Positions 39,374-49,417 of a stretch of 64,000 nt of DNA are shown piece by piece. The stretch spans positions 128,001 to 192,000 of the forward strand of contig CAVVHS010000006.1 in NCBI GenBank assembly GCA_963748215.1, read 5' to 3'. The first letter of the stretch is position 1; the number at the start of each line of letters is the position of its first letter. Origin of the DNA: an uncultured Gammaproteobacteria bacterium (GTDB lineage: Bacteria > Pseudomonadota > Gammaproteobacteria > UBA9214). A model generated the notes under the pieces. The model was not told the origin of the DNA and did no database searches. It was given only the letters and a program-made list of their open reading frames with translations. A program made the position numbers and the translations under genes.

Positions 39374-40564
39374 ATGGCAAAAACCGTTGTTATCAATCAG
39401 CCCGATGGCGACCGTACACCTTTTTTGCGCGGCATCCTCGTGCAATCGCTGATGAATGTCGGACTGCAATTCGACGAGGCCTACCCGCTGGCGCAGAAGG
39501 TACGCGACGAACTGCGCGACACCGAGGAAATCACCAGCACCGATCTGAAAAAGAAGGTGGCCGGGTTGCTGGAGGCACGGTTTGGCCGGAACCGGCGCAA
39601 AACATATGAAACACGGCCGGCTGACGAAACCGATGTCGTGGTGCATACGCCGACTCGCAGCGAGCCGTTTTCCGCCGGTCTGCTGGCCCATTCACTGGAA
39701 AGCTGCGCGATCGAACCGGATATCGCCCACGAGGGCGCGCGCAAGGTGTACGCATCCCTGCAGAAAACCGGGCACCGGGAAATCAACCACAAGACCCTGC
39801 GCAAGCTGATTTACCAGTGTCTGAAGGATCATTGTTCCCCTGAGTCTGCGGACCGCTATCTCTCGTGGCGCAGGTTCCAGAACAGCGGCGATCCGCTGAT
39901 CCTGCTGATCGGTGGTGTGACCGGCGCCGGCAAGAGCACCATTTCCTCGGAGGTGGCCTACCGGCTGGATATCGGTCGCATCCAGTCCACGGATATGATG
40001 CGCGAAATCATACGCGCCTACCTGACGCCCGAGGCGGTGCCGACGCTCGGTTATTCGAGCTTCGAGGCCTGGCGTGGCCTGGCCTCGCCGCTAGATGAGC
40101 AGAGCGGTGAAACCGAAAATCCGGTGATTGCCGGGTTTCTTTCCCAGTTCACTACCATCAAGCCGGCGCTGGTCGCCGCCATCGGCCGCGCAGTCAAGGA
40201 ACAGCACGACCTGATCATCGAGGGGGTGCATATCGTGCCCACCATGCTGGGCCTGGAGGATGCACGAAAACAGGCCATCGTCGTACCGCTCATGCTGGCA
40301 ACCATGGAAAAGTCGGCGCTGGAAAAGCAGCTCAAGCGCCGCGGCCGCGAGAAGAGCGGGCGGCGGGCATCGCGTTACCTGAAACACATCGATGATATCT
40401 GGGAGCTGCAGTCCTACCTGTTGAGCGAGGCCGACAACGCCGGTGTTCCCATCATCACCAACTGGCACATCGAGACCACCGTGCGCGAAGTGCTCAATCT
40501 GGTCATGGCCAAGGTCATGAAACGCTACCCGCCAAAATTCAACGACCTGGACTGGGAAAGCTAG
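39374..40564 (+). CDS. 2-phosphoglycerate kinase-like P-loop protein with two N-terminal ATP-cone-like domains
   Basis: PFLRGILVQSL and PFSAGLLAHSL repeats; YLSWRR...LILLIGGVTGAGKSTI, STDMMRE, SSFEAW, IIEGVHIVP. Confidence 0.85.
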   Translation: MAKTVVINQPDGDRTPFLRGILVQSLMNVGLQFDEAYPLAQKVRDELRDTEEITSTDLKKKVAGLLEARFGRNRRKTYETRPADETDVVVHTPTRSEPFSAGLLAHSLESCAIEPDIAHEGARKVYASLQKTGHREINHKTLRKLIYQCLKDHCSPESADRYLSWRRFQNSGDPLILLIGGVTGAGKSTISSEVAYRLDIGRIQSTDMMREIIRAYLTPEAVPTLGYSSFEAWRGLASPLDEQSGETENPVIAGFLSQFTTIKPALVAAIGRAVKEQHDLIIEGVHIVPTMLGLEDARKQAIVVPLMLATMEKSALEKQLKRRGREKSGRRASRYLKHIDDIWELQSYLLSEADNAGVPIITNWHIETTVREVLNLVMAKVMKRYPPKFNDLDWES

Positions 40565-40725
40565 CCCGGGATTTGCACGGGGCTACCGTGCCGCTATGCC
40601 GCTAAAATCAGCGCCCATGGCTTTCATCTCCCGCAAATCGGTATAGAATCGACCGCTGTTTAAAAAAATCAATCAGCCCGGTCAGCCGCATCCGCTGTCA
40701 TGACCGGCAGTTCAGGGGGCAAACC

Positions 40726-41205
40726 ATGGCAACGGCGCCAGCAACAAATCCGATACTCGTGCCTGTCGACTTTTCGCCGGATTCGGAAGCGGCTCTTGCC
40801 TGTGCCGCCGAACTTTCCACGCTGTTCAACGCTCCCTTGCTGGTCGTGCACGTCGTGCATGATCCGGGCGAGGCGCCCGGTTACTACGCAATCAAGGGCC
40901 ACAACAAGCACTTGCAGAAAATGGAGGACGTCGCTGCCGGTATGCTCAAGGAATTCATGAAATCGTTTTCCGAGGCGCACCCCGACCTGGTTGCTATCAG
41001 TACGGCTGAAACCAGTCTGGTCACCGGTCTGCCGGTCAACCGTATTCTCGAACTCGCCGACAAGTCCGCGGCGCGCATGATCGTGATGGGCAGCCAGGGA
41101 CGCACCGGGCTGGCGCGCGCGCTGCTGGGTTCCAAGGCCGAGCAGGTCGTGCGCCTGGCGCATATCCCGGTGACGATCGTCAAGTCTGACGAAAAACACG
41201 ACTAG
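40726..41205 (+). CDS. Universal stress protein
   Basis: ILVPVDFS, IVMGSQGRTG, LGSKAEQVV. Confidence 0.93.
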   Translation: MATAPATNPILVPVDFSPDSEAALACAAELSTLFNAPLLVVHVVHDPGEAPGYYAIKGHNKHLQKMEDVAAGMLKEFMKSFSEAHPDLVAISTAETSLVTGLPVNRILELADKSAARMIVMGSQGRTGLARALLGSKAEQVVRLAHIPVTIVKSDEKHD

Positions 41206-41365
41206 GAGCCTGTCGGACTTAGGTGTTCGTAGCGAGGCGAGTGGGAAAGGGAGAGCAAATGATCACGATTTTGAGGCGCATAGTGGTCCTACGTAACGAG
41301 AAATCGGGGACATTTGGGCCGCTTTCCCGCCGCCGCAGTAGAATCATCCTAAGTCCGACAGGCTC
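41206..41365. mobile_element. 160-bp MITE with perfect 18-bp TIRs and CTAG target duplication
   Basis: CTAG-GAGCCTGTCGGACTTAGG ... CCTAAGTCCGACAGGCTC-CTAG. Confidence 0.88.
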
Positions 41366-41393
41366 CTAGGGCAGCCAGGGAAGGAGAATCGAT

Positions 41394-43208
41394 ATGCCGG
41401 AAATGCACAGCCGCAGTCAGCTTGCACGGGCATGGCGTCAGACCGGGATGCTGCTGCTCGCTGCTGCAATCCTGCTGGCGGCAGCGCCGTCATGGGCTGC
41501 GGACGAGGCGGCGCTGGAAATGAACTGGGGCGGCATGGCCATGAACCTGCTGGGGGGGCTGGCGCTGTTCCTGTTCGGCATGGAACAGATGGCCGATGCC
41601 CTCAAGGCCGTCGCCGGCGAGCGCATGAAGATCGTGCTGGCCCGGTTGACCACCAACCGTTTCATGGGCGCGCTGACCGGCGCCTTCGTCACCGCGATCA
41701 TCCAGTCCTCGTCGGTCACCACGGTGCTGGTCGTCGGTTTCATCTCGGCCGGACTGATGTCCATGGCCCAGTCCATCGGCGTCATCATGGGCGCCAACAT
41801 CGGCACCACCATCACCGCCCAGATCGTTGCCTTCAAGGTTACCAAGGCCGCGCTGCTGATGGTTGCCGCCGGTTTCGCCATGCTGTTCTTCTCCTCCAAT
41901 GACAAGATCAAGCACTACGGCGGCATGCTCATGGGGCTGGGTCTGATCTTTTTCGGCATGAGCGTGATGAGCGACGCCATGTACCCGTTGCGCGCCTACC
42001 AGCCGTTCCTGGACCTGATGACGCAGATGGCGAACCCGTTGATCGGCATCCTGGTCGCGGCCCTGTTCACCGCCCTGGTGCAGTCGTCCTCGGCCACCAC
42101 GGGTATCGTCATCGTCATGGCCAGCCAGGGCTTCATCACGCTGCCCGCGGGTATCGCGCTGGCCTTCGGTGCCAACATCGGCACCTGCGTGACGGCGATG
42201 CTGGCCGCGATCGGCAAGCCCCGGGAAGCGGTCCGCGCCGCTGTCGTGCACGTACTGTTCAATGTCTTCGGCGTGCTGGCCTGGGTCGGCCTGATCGGCT
42301 GGCTGGCGGAGTTCGTCACCGCCATCTCGCCGGCCCATCCGGAACTGTCGGGAACCGCGCGCCTGGCCGCCGACACGCCGCGGCAGATCGCCAATGCGCA
42401 CACCTTCTTCAATATCGCGAATACCTTGCTGTTCATCGGTTTCACCGGCCAGCTGGCGCGGCTGGTCGAATGGCTGGTTCCGGACAAGCCGCTCGTGGAG
42501 GGGGCTGTTGCCGAGCCGCGCTACCTCGATGATTCGCTGTTCGAGACGCCATCGATCGCGCTCGACCGGGTGCGCCTGGAGATCGGTCATATCGGGGACC
42601 GGGTGCGGGACATGCTGGACCAGATCATGCCGGCGATCCTCGGCGGTGACCGTTCCGCGCTGCGCGACGTGGCCAGGATCGATGATGATGTCGATGTCCT
42701 GCACGGACATGTCGTCACCTACCTGGGGAAGATCAGTCGCAAGGAACTGACCGAAGACCAGACGCATCAATTCGTCAACCTGATGGCGGCTGCCAATGAC
42801 CTGGAGAACATCGGGGACGTGGTAGAAACCGACCTCGTACACCTGGGTAACCAGCGCATCAGTGAAGGGGTTTCGATCAGCCCGTCGACGCGGCAGGTGC
42901 TGACCGAGGTGCACAAGGCGGTTACGGCGGCGACGGACCTGGCAATCAGGGCCGTTGCCGAAAACAACCCGGATGCGGCACGCGAGGTGATCGGCATGAA
43001 AGAGGCTATCGGTGAGCTGGCGCAATCCGCGGCCATGCACCAGATCAAGCGCCTGGTCGCTGAAGAGCCGAACCGGCTCGCGGCCTACACTATCGAGATG
43101 GACATTATCGAGAAACTGAAGCGCACCTACTACTTCGCCAAGCGCATGGCGAAAACCCTCGACGTAGCGGTCGAGGAGCGCGCGGAGGAGGCGGAGGCGG
43201 CCGCCTGA
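41394..43208 (+). CDS. Na+/Pi cotransporter with C-terminal PhoU-like domains
   Basis: Two QSSS motifs, GANIGTT and GANIGTC, DLENIGD. Confidence 0.93.
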   Translation: MPEMHSRSQLARAWRQTGMLLLAAAILLAAAPSWAADEAALEMNWGGMAMNLLGGLALFLFGMEQMADALKAVAGERMKIVLARLTTNRFMGALTGAFVTAIIQSSSVTTVLVVGFISAGLMSMAQSIGVIMGANIGTTITAQIVAFKVTKAALLMVAAGFAMLFFSSNDKIKHYGGMLMGLGLIFFGMSVMSDAMYPLRAYQPFLDLMTQMANPLIGILVAALFTALVQSSSATTGIVIVMASQGFITLPAGIALAFGANIGTCVTAMLAAIGKPREAVRAAVVHVLFNVFGVLAWVGLIGWLAEFVTAISPAHPELSGTARLAADTPRQIANAHTFFNIANTLLFIGFTGQLARLVEWLVPDKPLVEGAVAEPRYLDDSLFETPSIALDRVRLEIGHIGDRVRDMLDQIMPAILGGDRSALRDVARIDDDVDVLHGHVVTYLGKISRKELTEDQTHQFVNLMAAANDLENIGDVVETDLVHLGNQRISEGVSISPSTRQVLTEVHKAVTAATDLAIRAVAENNPDAAREVIGMKEAIGELAQSAAMHQIKRLVAEEPNRLAAYTIEMDIIEKLKRTYYFAKRMAKTLDVAVEERAEEAEAAA

Positions 43209-43211
43209 ACG

Positions 43212-44492
43212 TCATGTGCCGGATTGCGGCGGCGGGTTATCCGCCGGCGCGGCAGTCTCGTCCCCGGCGATCCGCCTGATGCTGACCTGCTCGATGCGGC
43301 GCGGGGTGGCCGAACGTATCGTGACCTCGAGTCCATCGATCATGAACCTGTCGTCCGGGGCCGGAATGTTCTCGGAATGGGTCAATATCCAGAGATTCAC
43401 CCGGTCTGTCGGTTTTCCCGGCAGCTCGATCCCGAAATAGTCCTCGACCACCCGCAACTCGGTGGCACCCTGTACCAGCAGTTCGTTTACCGAGACGCCG
43501 GTTGTGCCGGCGGGCCCCTCGTCGCTTTCGTCGTAGATCTCTCCGACCAGTTCCTCCATCAGGTCTTCCAGTGTGACCAGCCCCCTGACCACGCCATGCT
43601 CGTCGACGACGATGGCGAAAATCTGTTTGCTGCGCCGGAATTTCGCGAACAGCTCGTCGATCGGCTCATACTGTTGTGCGAACAGCGGCTCATGAGCCAG
43701 GTCGCGCAGCGAGGCATCGAGCAGGCCCTTGTCGATCGCGCCCAGCAGATCGCGCAGGTGCAATACCTTGTACAGCCGGTCCCGGTGCTGTTCGTAGATA
43801 GGAATACGGGAATAGGGCGCCTCCACCACTGCCGACAGCACATCACGAACGGTCTGGCTGCCTTCCAGCGAAAAGACCGCGGTAAGCGGCGTCATCACGT
43901 CACGTACCTTCAGGTCGTTGAAAGCGAATACGCGCTCGATCAGCTCGCGTTCGCTGTGTTCGATGGTGCCTTCCCGTTCCCCGTGCTGCAGCATGCTGAT
44001 GAATTCCGATTCGGTCACGATCGGATCCCCTTCGTGGCTGCTCATGCCGTGGATCCAGGTTGTGAACCTGCCAAAAATCCATACCAGCGGGTAGATCAGG
44101 CGCATGAATCCCAGCAGTGGCACGGCGATAAACAGTGAAACCCGCTCGGAGTAGCGCGTGGCGAGGCTTTTCGGCGTGATCTCGCCGAATACCAGCACCA
44201 GCACGGTCAGTACCCCGACCGCCACGCCGGGGCCGGCGCTGCCGAGCCAGCGCGTGGCCACCACGGTAGCCAGTACGGAGGCTGCGATGTTGACGAGATT
44301 GTTACCGATCAGGATAGTGGTCAGCATGCGAGAGGGGTCTTTTTTCAACCGGTACAGCGCAGCCGCGCCGCGCCGGCCTTCACGGACCAGGCCCTCGACC
44401 CGCCCGATGGACAGGCTCACCAGGGCCGTTTCGGAACCCGAAAAGACGCCCGACAGGATCAGCAGTAATAACAGGGCGAGCGGTTCAGCCAT
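43212..44492 (-). CDS. CNNM/CorB-type membrane protein (DUF21-CBS-CorC)
   Basis: FSGSETAL, GNNLVNI, GEITPK, YSRIP, VTLEDLMEELVGEIYDE. Confidence 0.93.
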   Translation of the reverse strand: MAEPLALLLLLILSGVFSGSETALVSLSIGRVEGLVREGRRGAAALYRLKKDPSRMLTTILIGNNLVNIAASVLATVVATRWLGSAGPGVAVGVLTVLVLVFGEITPKSLATRYSERVSLFIAVPLLGFMRLIYPLVWIFGRFTTWIHGMSSHEGDPIVTESEFISMLQHGEREGTIEHSERELIERVFAFNDLKVRDVMTPLTAVFSLEGSQTVRDVLSAVVEAPYSRIPIYEQHRDRLYKVLHLRDLLGAIDKGLLDASLRDLAHEPLFAQQYEPIDELFAKFRRSKQIFAIVVDEHGVVRGLVTLEDLMEELVGEIYDESDEGPAGTTGVSVNELLVQGATELRVVEDYFGIELPGKPTDRVNLWILTHSENIPAPDDRFMIDGLEVTIRSATPRRIEQVSIRRIAGDETAAPADNPPPQSGT

Positions 44493-44719
44493 GCATAAGA
44501 TCTCTTGTGTCCGGTAGCAATTGAAATGATCGCCGGTTTTTTATCATCACCGGTAATGATTCTCGTTCAGTTGACGTAGATCATATCCAGTACGCTGACA
44601 GATGCAGTAGTTTACTACCGAATAAATATGCAACCATCTGTATTTTTTCTATAAATGAGCGTCGGTCCCGGTGGAGCTATCAGTGCCGGACGGATTTCAT
44701 TAAGCCACCCGGAGGAATT

Positions 44720-45592
44720 ATGCTTCACAAATCCTGTTTCATCGCACTGCTGGCCGGTACCTTGCTGGTTGGGACGGCCGCACAGGCACGCACCGAAATC
44801 CAGAACAAGGGCTCGGATACGCTGGTCAATGTGGCCCAGGCGTGGGCGGAAGCCTACCAGAAGGTCGACCCCGACGTGGCGATTGCGGTATCCGGCGGCG
44901 GTTCCGGAACGGGCATCGCCGCCCTCATCAACGGCACGGTGGATATTGCCAATGCCAGCCGCCAGATGAAAGACAAGGAGATGAAACTGGCCGAAGAGCA
45001 TGGCCACAAGCCGGTGGAGTTTATCGTGGGCTACGACGCACTGGCCGTATTCATCAACAATGCCAACCCGATCACCAAACTGTCCATCGCGCAGCTGCAA
45101 GAGATCTTCGGTCGTGGTGGCAAGACGACGAAGTGGACGGATATCGGTGTCACCGTGCCGGGCTGCAAGGACCAGGAGATTATCGTGGTCAGCCGGCAAA
45201 ACAATTCCGGCACCTATGCCTACTTCAAGGATGCCGTACTGGGCAAGAAGGGGAAATACCGCCAGGGCACCCTGGACATGCACGGTTCCAAGGACGTTGT
45301 CGACCTGGTCGAGAAAACGCCCTGTGCGATCGGCTACAGTGGCCTGGCCTACGCCACCGAGCACCTGAAGATGGTCTGCATAGAAAGCGGTGAGGATGGC
45401 AGCTGTGTGAATCCGAGCGTGGAAACGGCCAGTGACAACACCTACCCCATTGCACGGCCGCTGTTCATGTATACCAGTGGTGAACCGGCCGGTGCGGTCA
45501 AGACCTATCTTGACTGGATATTCAGTGACGAGGGTCAGTGCATCATCAGCAACAAGGGCTATGCGCCGGTGAAGAAGGTCACTTGCCAGTAA
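44720..45592 (+). CDS. pstS: Phosphate ABC transporter substrate-binding protein
   Basis: KGSDT, GGGSGTG, ANASR, SRQNNSGT, YPIARPL. Confidence 0.95.
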   Translation: MLHKSCFIALLAGTLLVGTAAQARTEIQNKGSDTLVNVAQAWAEAYQKVDPDVAIAVSGGGSGTGIAALINGTVDIANASRQMKDKEMKLAEEHGHKPVEFIVGYDALAVFINNANPITKLSIAQLQEIFGRGGKTTKWTDIGVTVPGCKDQEIIVVSRQNNSGTYAYFKDAVLGKKGKYRQGTLDMHGSKDVVDLVEKTPCAIGYSGLAYATEHLKMVCIESGEDGSCVNPSVETASDNTYPIARPLFMYTSGEPAGAVKTYLDWIFSDEGQCIISNKGYAPVKKVTCQ

Positions 45593-45710
45593 ACGGCGGC
45601 TGAGTGTGTCACTCGTCAGCTATCCGGCCCCTTTCTGCCTGCGCACTAACCGTGTATTCTCGCGCTGACTGTTTGCATTCTGAACGCGCAACCTGGCGGG
45701 AGTCATTACC

Positions 45711-46793
45711 ATGAGGCATTACGAGGAGCGGCTGGAGCATGACCTGAAGCGGATTCGCGATCGCATCGCGGACATGGCCGGCAGTGTCGAGAAGGCTGTC
45801 GCGAACGCCATTCATGCTTTCCAGACCGGCGAAAGCGAACTGGCCGCCGCGACGATTCTCGGCGATCACCCGATCAACCGCGCCATGCGCGAAATCGACC
45901 GCCTGTGTCATGCCTTTATCGCCGTGCATCTGCCGAGCGGTGCTCACCTGCGGCTGCTGTCTTCGGCGATCCGCGCCAATATCGCACTGGAGCGCATCGG
46001 CGACTACGCGGTCACGATTGCACGCGCATCCGGACAGCTGTCCGCGCCGCCGGGCGGCTTGATGGGACGCGAACTGGAACGTATCGCGACCGAGGCGACG
46101 GTGATGCTCGAGCAGTCCATCAAGGCCTTCAATACCCTGAACGCGGAACAGGCCAGGACAACGATGGTGCTGGAAAAGGAAATGGAGTATGACCTGGAAT
46201 CGGTATACTCGGAGCTGACCGCGAACCCGGATCGGGAGAAGGTCAAGGAATTGCTGGTGGTGTTCGTGGTGCTCACGCACCTGAAACGTGTGGCCGACCA
46301 GGCAAAAAACCTGTGTGAGGAAACCGTGTTCGCCGTCACCGGCGAGGGCAAGGTCCCCAAGGTCTATCACATCCTGTTTCTCGACGAGGACAACAGTTGC
46401 CTGGCCAAAATGGCCGAACTCGTCGCGCGCAAGACCTTCCCGGAAAGCGGCAGCTACAGCAGTTGTGGCAGAAACCCCGCTGCTGCACTCGATCCGAACA
46501 TGGTGCGGTTCCTCGAAAGCCGCGGTTTTGACCTGAGCGACGCAAGCCCCGCGCCGCTGGATCTGACGCACGCGGAACTGGTCGACAAGCATGTCATCGT
46601 GAGCCTGGAGGGGCCGGTCAGAAGCTATATACAGCAGCTTCCGTTCCACACCACGGCCCTGGAATGGAAGACCAGGCCTGTGCCAACCGGCAGTTTCGAG
46701 CAGCAGCCGGAGCCGTGGGAGGCGCTGTACCGGGATGTCGCGACCCGTATACGCGACCTGATTGAAATCCTGCGCGGGCCGGATGCGCCCTGA
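45711..46793 (+). CDS. phoU: PhoU fused to a degenerate LMW phosphatase/ArsC-like domain
   Basis: LERIGDYA and LKRVADQAKNLCE PhoU repeats; C-terminal ILFLDEDNSCLAKMAE. Confidence 0.88.
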   Translation: MRHYEERLEHDLKRIRDRIADMAGSVEKAVANAIHAFQTGESELAAATILGDHPINRAMREIDRLCHAFIAVHLPSGAHLRLLSSAIRANIALERIGDYAVTIARASGQLSAPPGGLMGRELERIATEATVMLEQSIKAFNTLNAEQARTTMVLEKEMEYDLESVYSELTANPDREKVKELLVVFVVLTHLKRVADQAKNLCEETVFAVTGEGKVPKVYHILFLDEDNSCLAKMAELVARKTFPESGSYSSCGRNPAAALDPNMVRFLESRGFDLSDASPAPLDLTHAELVDKHVIVSLEGPVRSYIQQLPFHTTALEWKTRPVPTGSFEQQPEPWEALYRDVATRIRDLIEILRGPDAP

Positions 46794-46809
46794 GAGGGGA
46801 CTGCTCGTG

Positions 46810-47724
46810 ATGGAGACACGCGCGACAGCCAGCTTTGATCGTCGGAACCTCGACTGGTATATCGACAAGTTTGTCCAGGTTGTGGTCTTCATCAGCGGCA
46901 TTTCCGCCATCATCTTCATTATCGGTATCTTTGCCTTCGTCACCAAGGAAGGCATCGGTTTCATACTGGATACCATGGATCCCCGGGAATTTTTCCTGTC
47001 CCAGTACTGGGAGCCCAGTGACGAGGATGCGCCGGAATACGGCATCCTGGCGCTGGTGGCCGGAACCGCCAGTGTTACCGGGCTGGCGCTGCTGGTGGCC
47101 ATTCCGTTTTCGCTCGGCGCGGCCATCTTTATCGGTGAATTCGCATCCGGCAAGACCCGGGAATTTCTGAAAATACTGGTCGAACTGCTGGCCGCGATCC
47201 CGTCGGTGGTGTGGGGCTTCATCGGGCTCACCATCATGAACCCGTTGATCATCAAGACGTTCGATGTGCCGGTCGGTTTGACTGTGCTCAATGCCGGTAT
47301 CATTCTCGGGCTCATGGTGGCGCCGATCATGACCTCGATTGCCGAGGATGCACTCAAGGCGGTGCCCGACCGCTACCGCGAGGCGGCGGAGGCGATGGGC
47401 GCGACCCGCTGGCAGGTCATCTTCAAGGTTGTGCTGCCGGCAGCGAAGAACGGTCTGCTCGGCGCTATCCTGCTGGGCATCGGCCGGGGCTTCGGCGAAA
47501 CCATGGCGGTGCTGATGACAACCGGCCACTCGGTCAACCTGCCGACCAGCGTGTTTGACTCGGTGCGTGCACTGACGGCGACCATTGCCGCCGAGCTCGG
47601 CGAGACAGCGGTCGGTTCCGAGCATTACCAGGTGTTGTTCACGATCGGTATCCTGCTGTTCGTCATTACCTTCGTTATCAACCTCACGGCTGACCTGGTC
47701 GTGCGTGGTATACGCAAGGGATAG
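46810..47724 (+). CDS. pstC: Phosphate ABC transporter permease
   Basis: ELLAAIPSVVWG, AMGATRWQ, GRGFGETMAV. Confidence 0.95.
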   Translation: METRATASFDRRNLDWYIDKFVQVVVFISGISAIIFIIGIFAFVTKEGIGFILDTMDPREFFLSQYWEPSDEDAPEYGILALVAGTASVTGLALLVAIPFSLGAAIFIGEFASGKTREFLKILVELLAAIPSVVWGFIGLTIMNPLIIKTFDVPVGLTVLNAGIILGLMVAPIMTSIAEDALKAVPDRYREAAEAMGATRWQVIFKVVLPAAKNGLLGAILLGIGRGFGETMAVLMTTGHSVNLPTSVFDSVRALTATIAAELGETAVGSEHYQVLFTIGILLFVITFVINLTADLVVRGIRKG

Positions 47725-47729
47725 CCATC

Positions 47730-48599
47730 ATGTTTACCGAAACAGAACTCAACGTCCGTAATAAACGCATCGAACGACTCTTTCGTATCCTGTTCCTGCT
47801 CATGACCGGCCTGCTGATACTGCCGGTACTTATCATCCTGGCCACCCTTGTCTACAAGGGAGGCCCGGTTATCTCCATCGATTTTCTGTTCACCTCGCCG
47901 ACCGACGGCATGACCGCAGGCGGCATCTTTCCGGCGCTGCTGGGCACGGTCTGGCTGGTTGCGGTGGCGCTGCTCGTATCGGTACCGATCGGCGTTGCGG
48001 CCGCTATCTACCTGAACGAATATGCGACCGACAACTGGTTTACCCGCATCATCAACCTCGCCATTATCAACCTGGCAGGCGTGCCCTCCATCGTGCATGC
48101 GCTGTTTGGCGTCGGCGCCTTCGTCATCTTTTTCGGTTTCGGCACCAGCATTCTGGCCGCCAGCCTGACGCTGGCGATCATGACCCTGCCGGTTGTCATC
48201 GTGGCGACCCGTGAATCCCTGCGTTCGGTGCCGATGGCATTTCGCGAGGCCTGCTGGAACATGGGTGCGACCCGCTGGCAGACCATCCGGCGCATCGTGC
48301 TGCCGAATGCCGTCAGCGGTATACTCACCGGCATAATCCTCGAGGTATCGCGTACCGCGGGCGAGACCGCGCCGATCATGTTTACCGGTGCCGTATTTTT
48401 CACCCCCTTCCTGCCACAGAGTGTCTTTGACCAGACCATGGCGCTGTCGCTGCATCTGTTCGTGGTGGCGACCCAGGTGCCGGGCGTACCGGAAAACCTG
48501 CCCTATGGCGTGGCACTGGTGCTGATTTCCATGGTGCTGCTGATGAACAGTCTTTCCATCGGTTTTCGCATGTACCTGCGTGGACGCAAGAAATGGTAA
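47730..48599 (+). CDS. pstA: Phosphate ABC transporter permease
   Basis: NLAGVPSIV, SRTAGETAP. Confidence 0.95.
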   Translation: MFTETELNVRNKRIERLFRILFLLMTGLLILPVLIILATLVYKGGPVISIDFLFTSPTDGMTAGGIFPALLGTVWLVAVALLVSVPIGVAAAIYLNEYATDNWFTRIINLAIINLAGVPSIVHALFGVGAFVIFFGFGTSILAASLTLAIMTLPVVIVATRESLRSVPMAFREACWNMGATRWQTIRRIVLPNAVSGILTGIILEVSRTAGETAPIMFTGAVFFTPFLPQSVFDQTMALSLHLFVVATQVPGVPENLPYGVALVLISMVLLMNSLSIGFRMYLRGRKKW

Positions 48600-49417
48600 C
48601 CGCAGGCACTCGCGCAACGCCGGCCGCAGGCGGGGCCGAACGGATGGCAGGGGAACCCGTCGCAAGCCCGACGCTCGAGGTCTCGAACCTGAGCATCCGC
48701 TACGGTAATCATGTAGCGCTGCGCGATATCAGTCTCGAGATCCAGAAGAACGAAATCTTCGGCATTATCGGTCCGGCAAATGCAGGCAAGACCTCGTTTC
48801 TGAAGTCGATCAATCGCATGGACATGTTCGATGGCGCCATGCATGTGGACGGGACGGTTCGTTTCAGCGGGGTATCAATCAATCACCTCAGGAATATCTA
48901 TGCCCTGCGCTCGCGTATCGGGGTGGTGTTTCCCTTGCCGGTGGGGCTGCCCCTGACAGTCTACGAAAACGTTGCCCTGGCACCGCGCCTGGCCGGTAAC
49001 AGCAACAAGGCCGACCTCGATGTCATCGTCGAACGCTGCCTGCAGCGCGCCGCGTTGTGGGACGAGGTCAAGGACCGGCTCGATTCGCTCGGCAGCCTGC
49101 TGTCAGGCGGGCAGCAGCAGCGGCTGACCATCGCGCGGGCGCTGTCGCAGGAACCTGAACTGCTGATGCTGGATGAATTCTCGATCGCAGTCGATCCGGT
49201 AACGACCATGCGCATCGAGGATGTGCTCAAGGAACTGAAGCACGAGATGACCATCATACTGGTCACCAACCTGGTGCAGCAGGCGCGCCGGCTGGCCGAC
49301 CGGACCGCGTTTTTCCTGGACGGGGAGTGCGTGGAGATCGGTGTCACGGAGGACCTGTTCGCCGGACAGGTCCAGGACAAGCGTACCCGCGACTACCTGG
49401 AAGGCAGGTTCGGCTGA
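48593..49417 (+). CDS. pstB: Phosphate ABC transporter ATPase, atypical copy 1
   Basis: GPANAGKT, ALWDEVKDRL, LSGGQQQR, LMLDEF; Q-loop and H-loop are substituted. Confidence 0.88.
   Translation: MVTAGTRATPAAGGAERMAGEPVASPTLEVSNLSIRYGNHVALRDISLEIQKNEIFGIIGPANAGKTSFLKSINRMDMFDGAMHVDGTVRFSGVSINHLRNIYALRSRIGVVFPLPVGLPLTVYENVALAPRLAGNSNKADLDVIVERCLQRAALWDEVKDRLDSLGSLLSGGQQQRLTIARALSQEPELLMLDEFSIAVDPVTTMRIEDVLKELKHEMTIILVTNLVQQARRLADRTAFFLDGECVEIGVTEDLFAGQVQDKRTRDYLEGRFG

Noticed and set aside
44571-44584. FNR-like sites TTGAC-GTAG-ATCAT here and TTGAT-GCTT-GTCAT at 24031
   Set aside because: Two mismatches each; too weak to call
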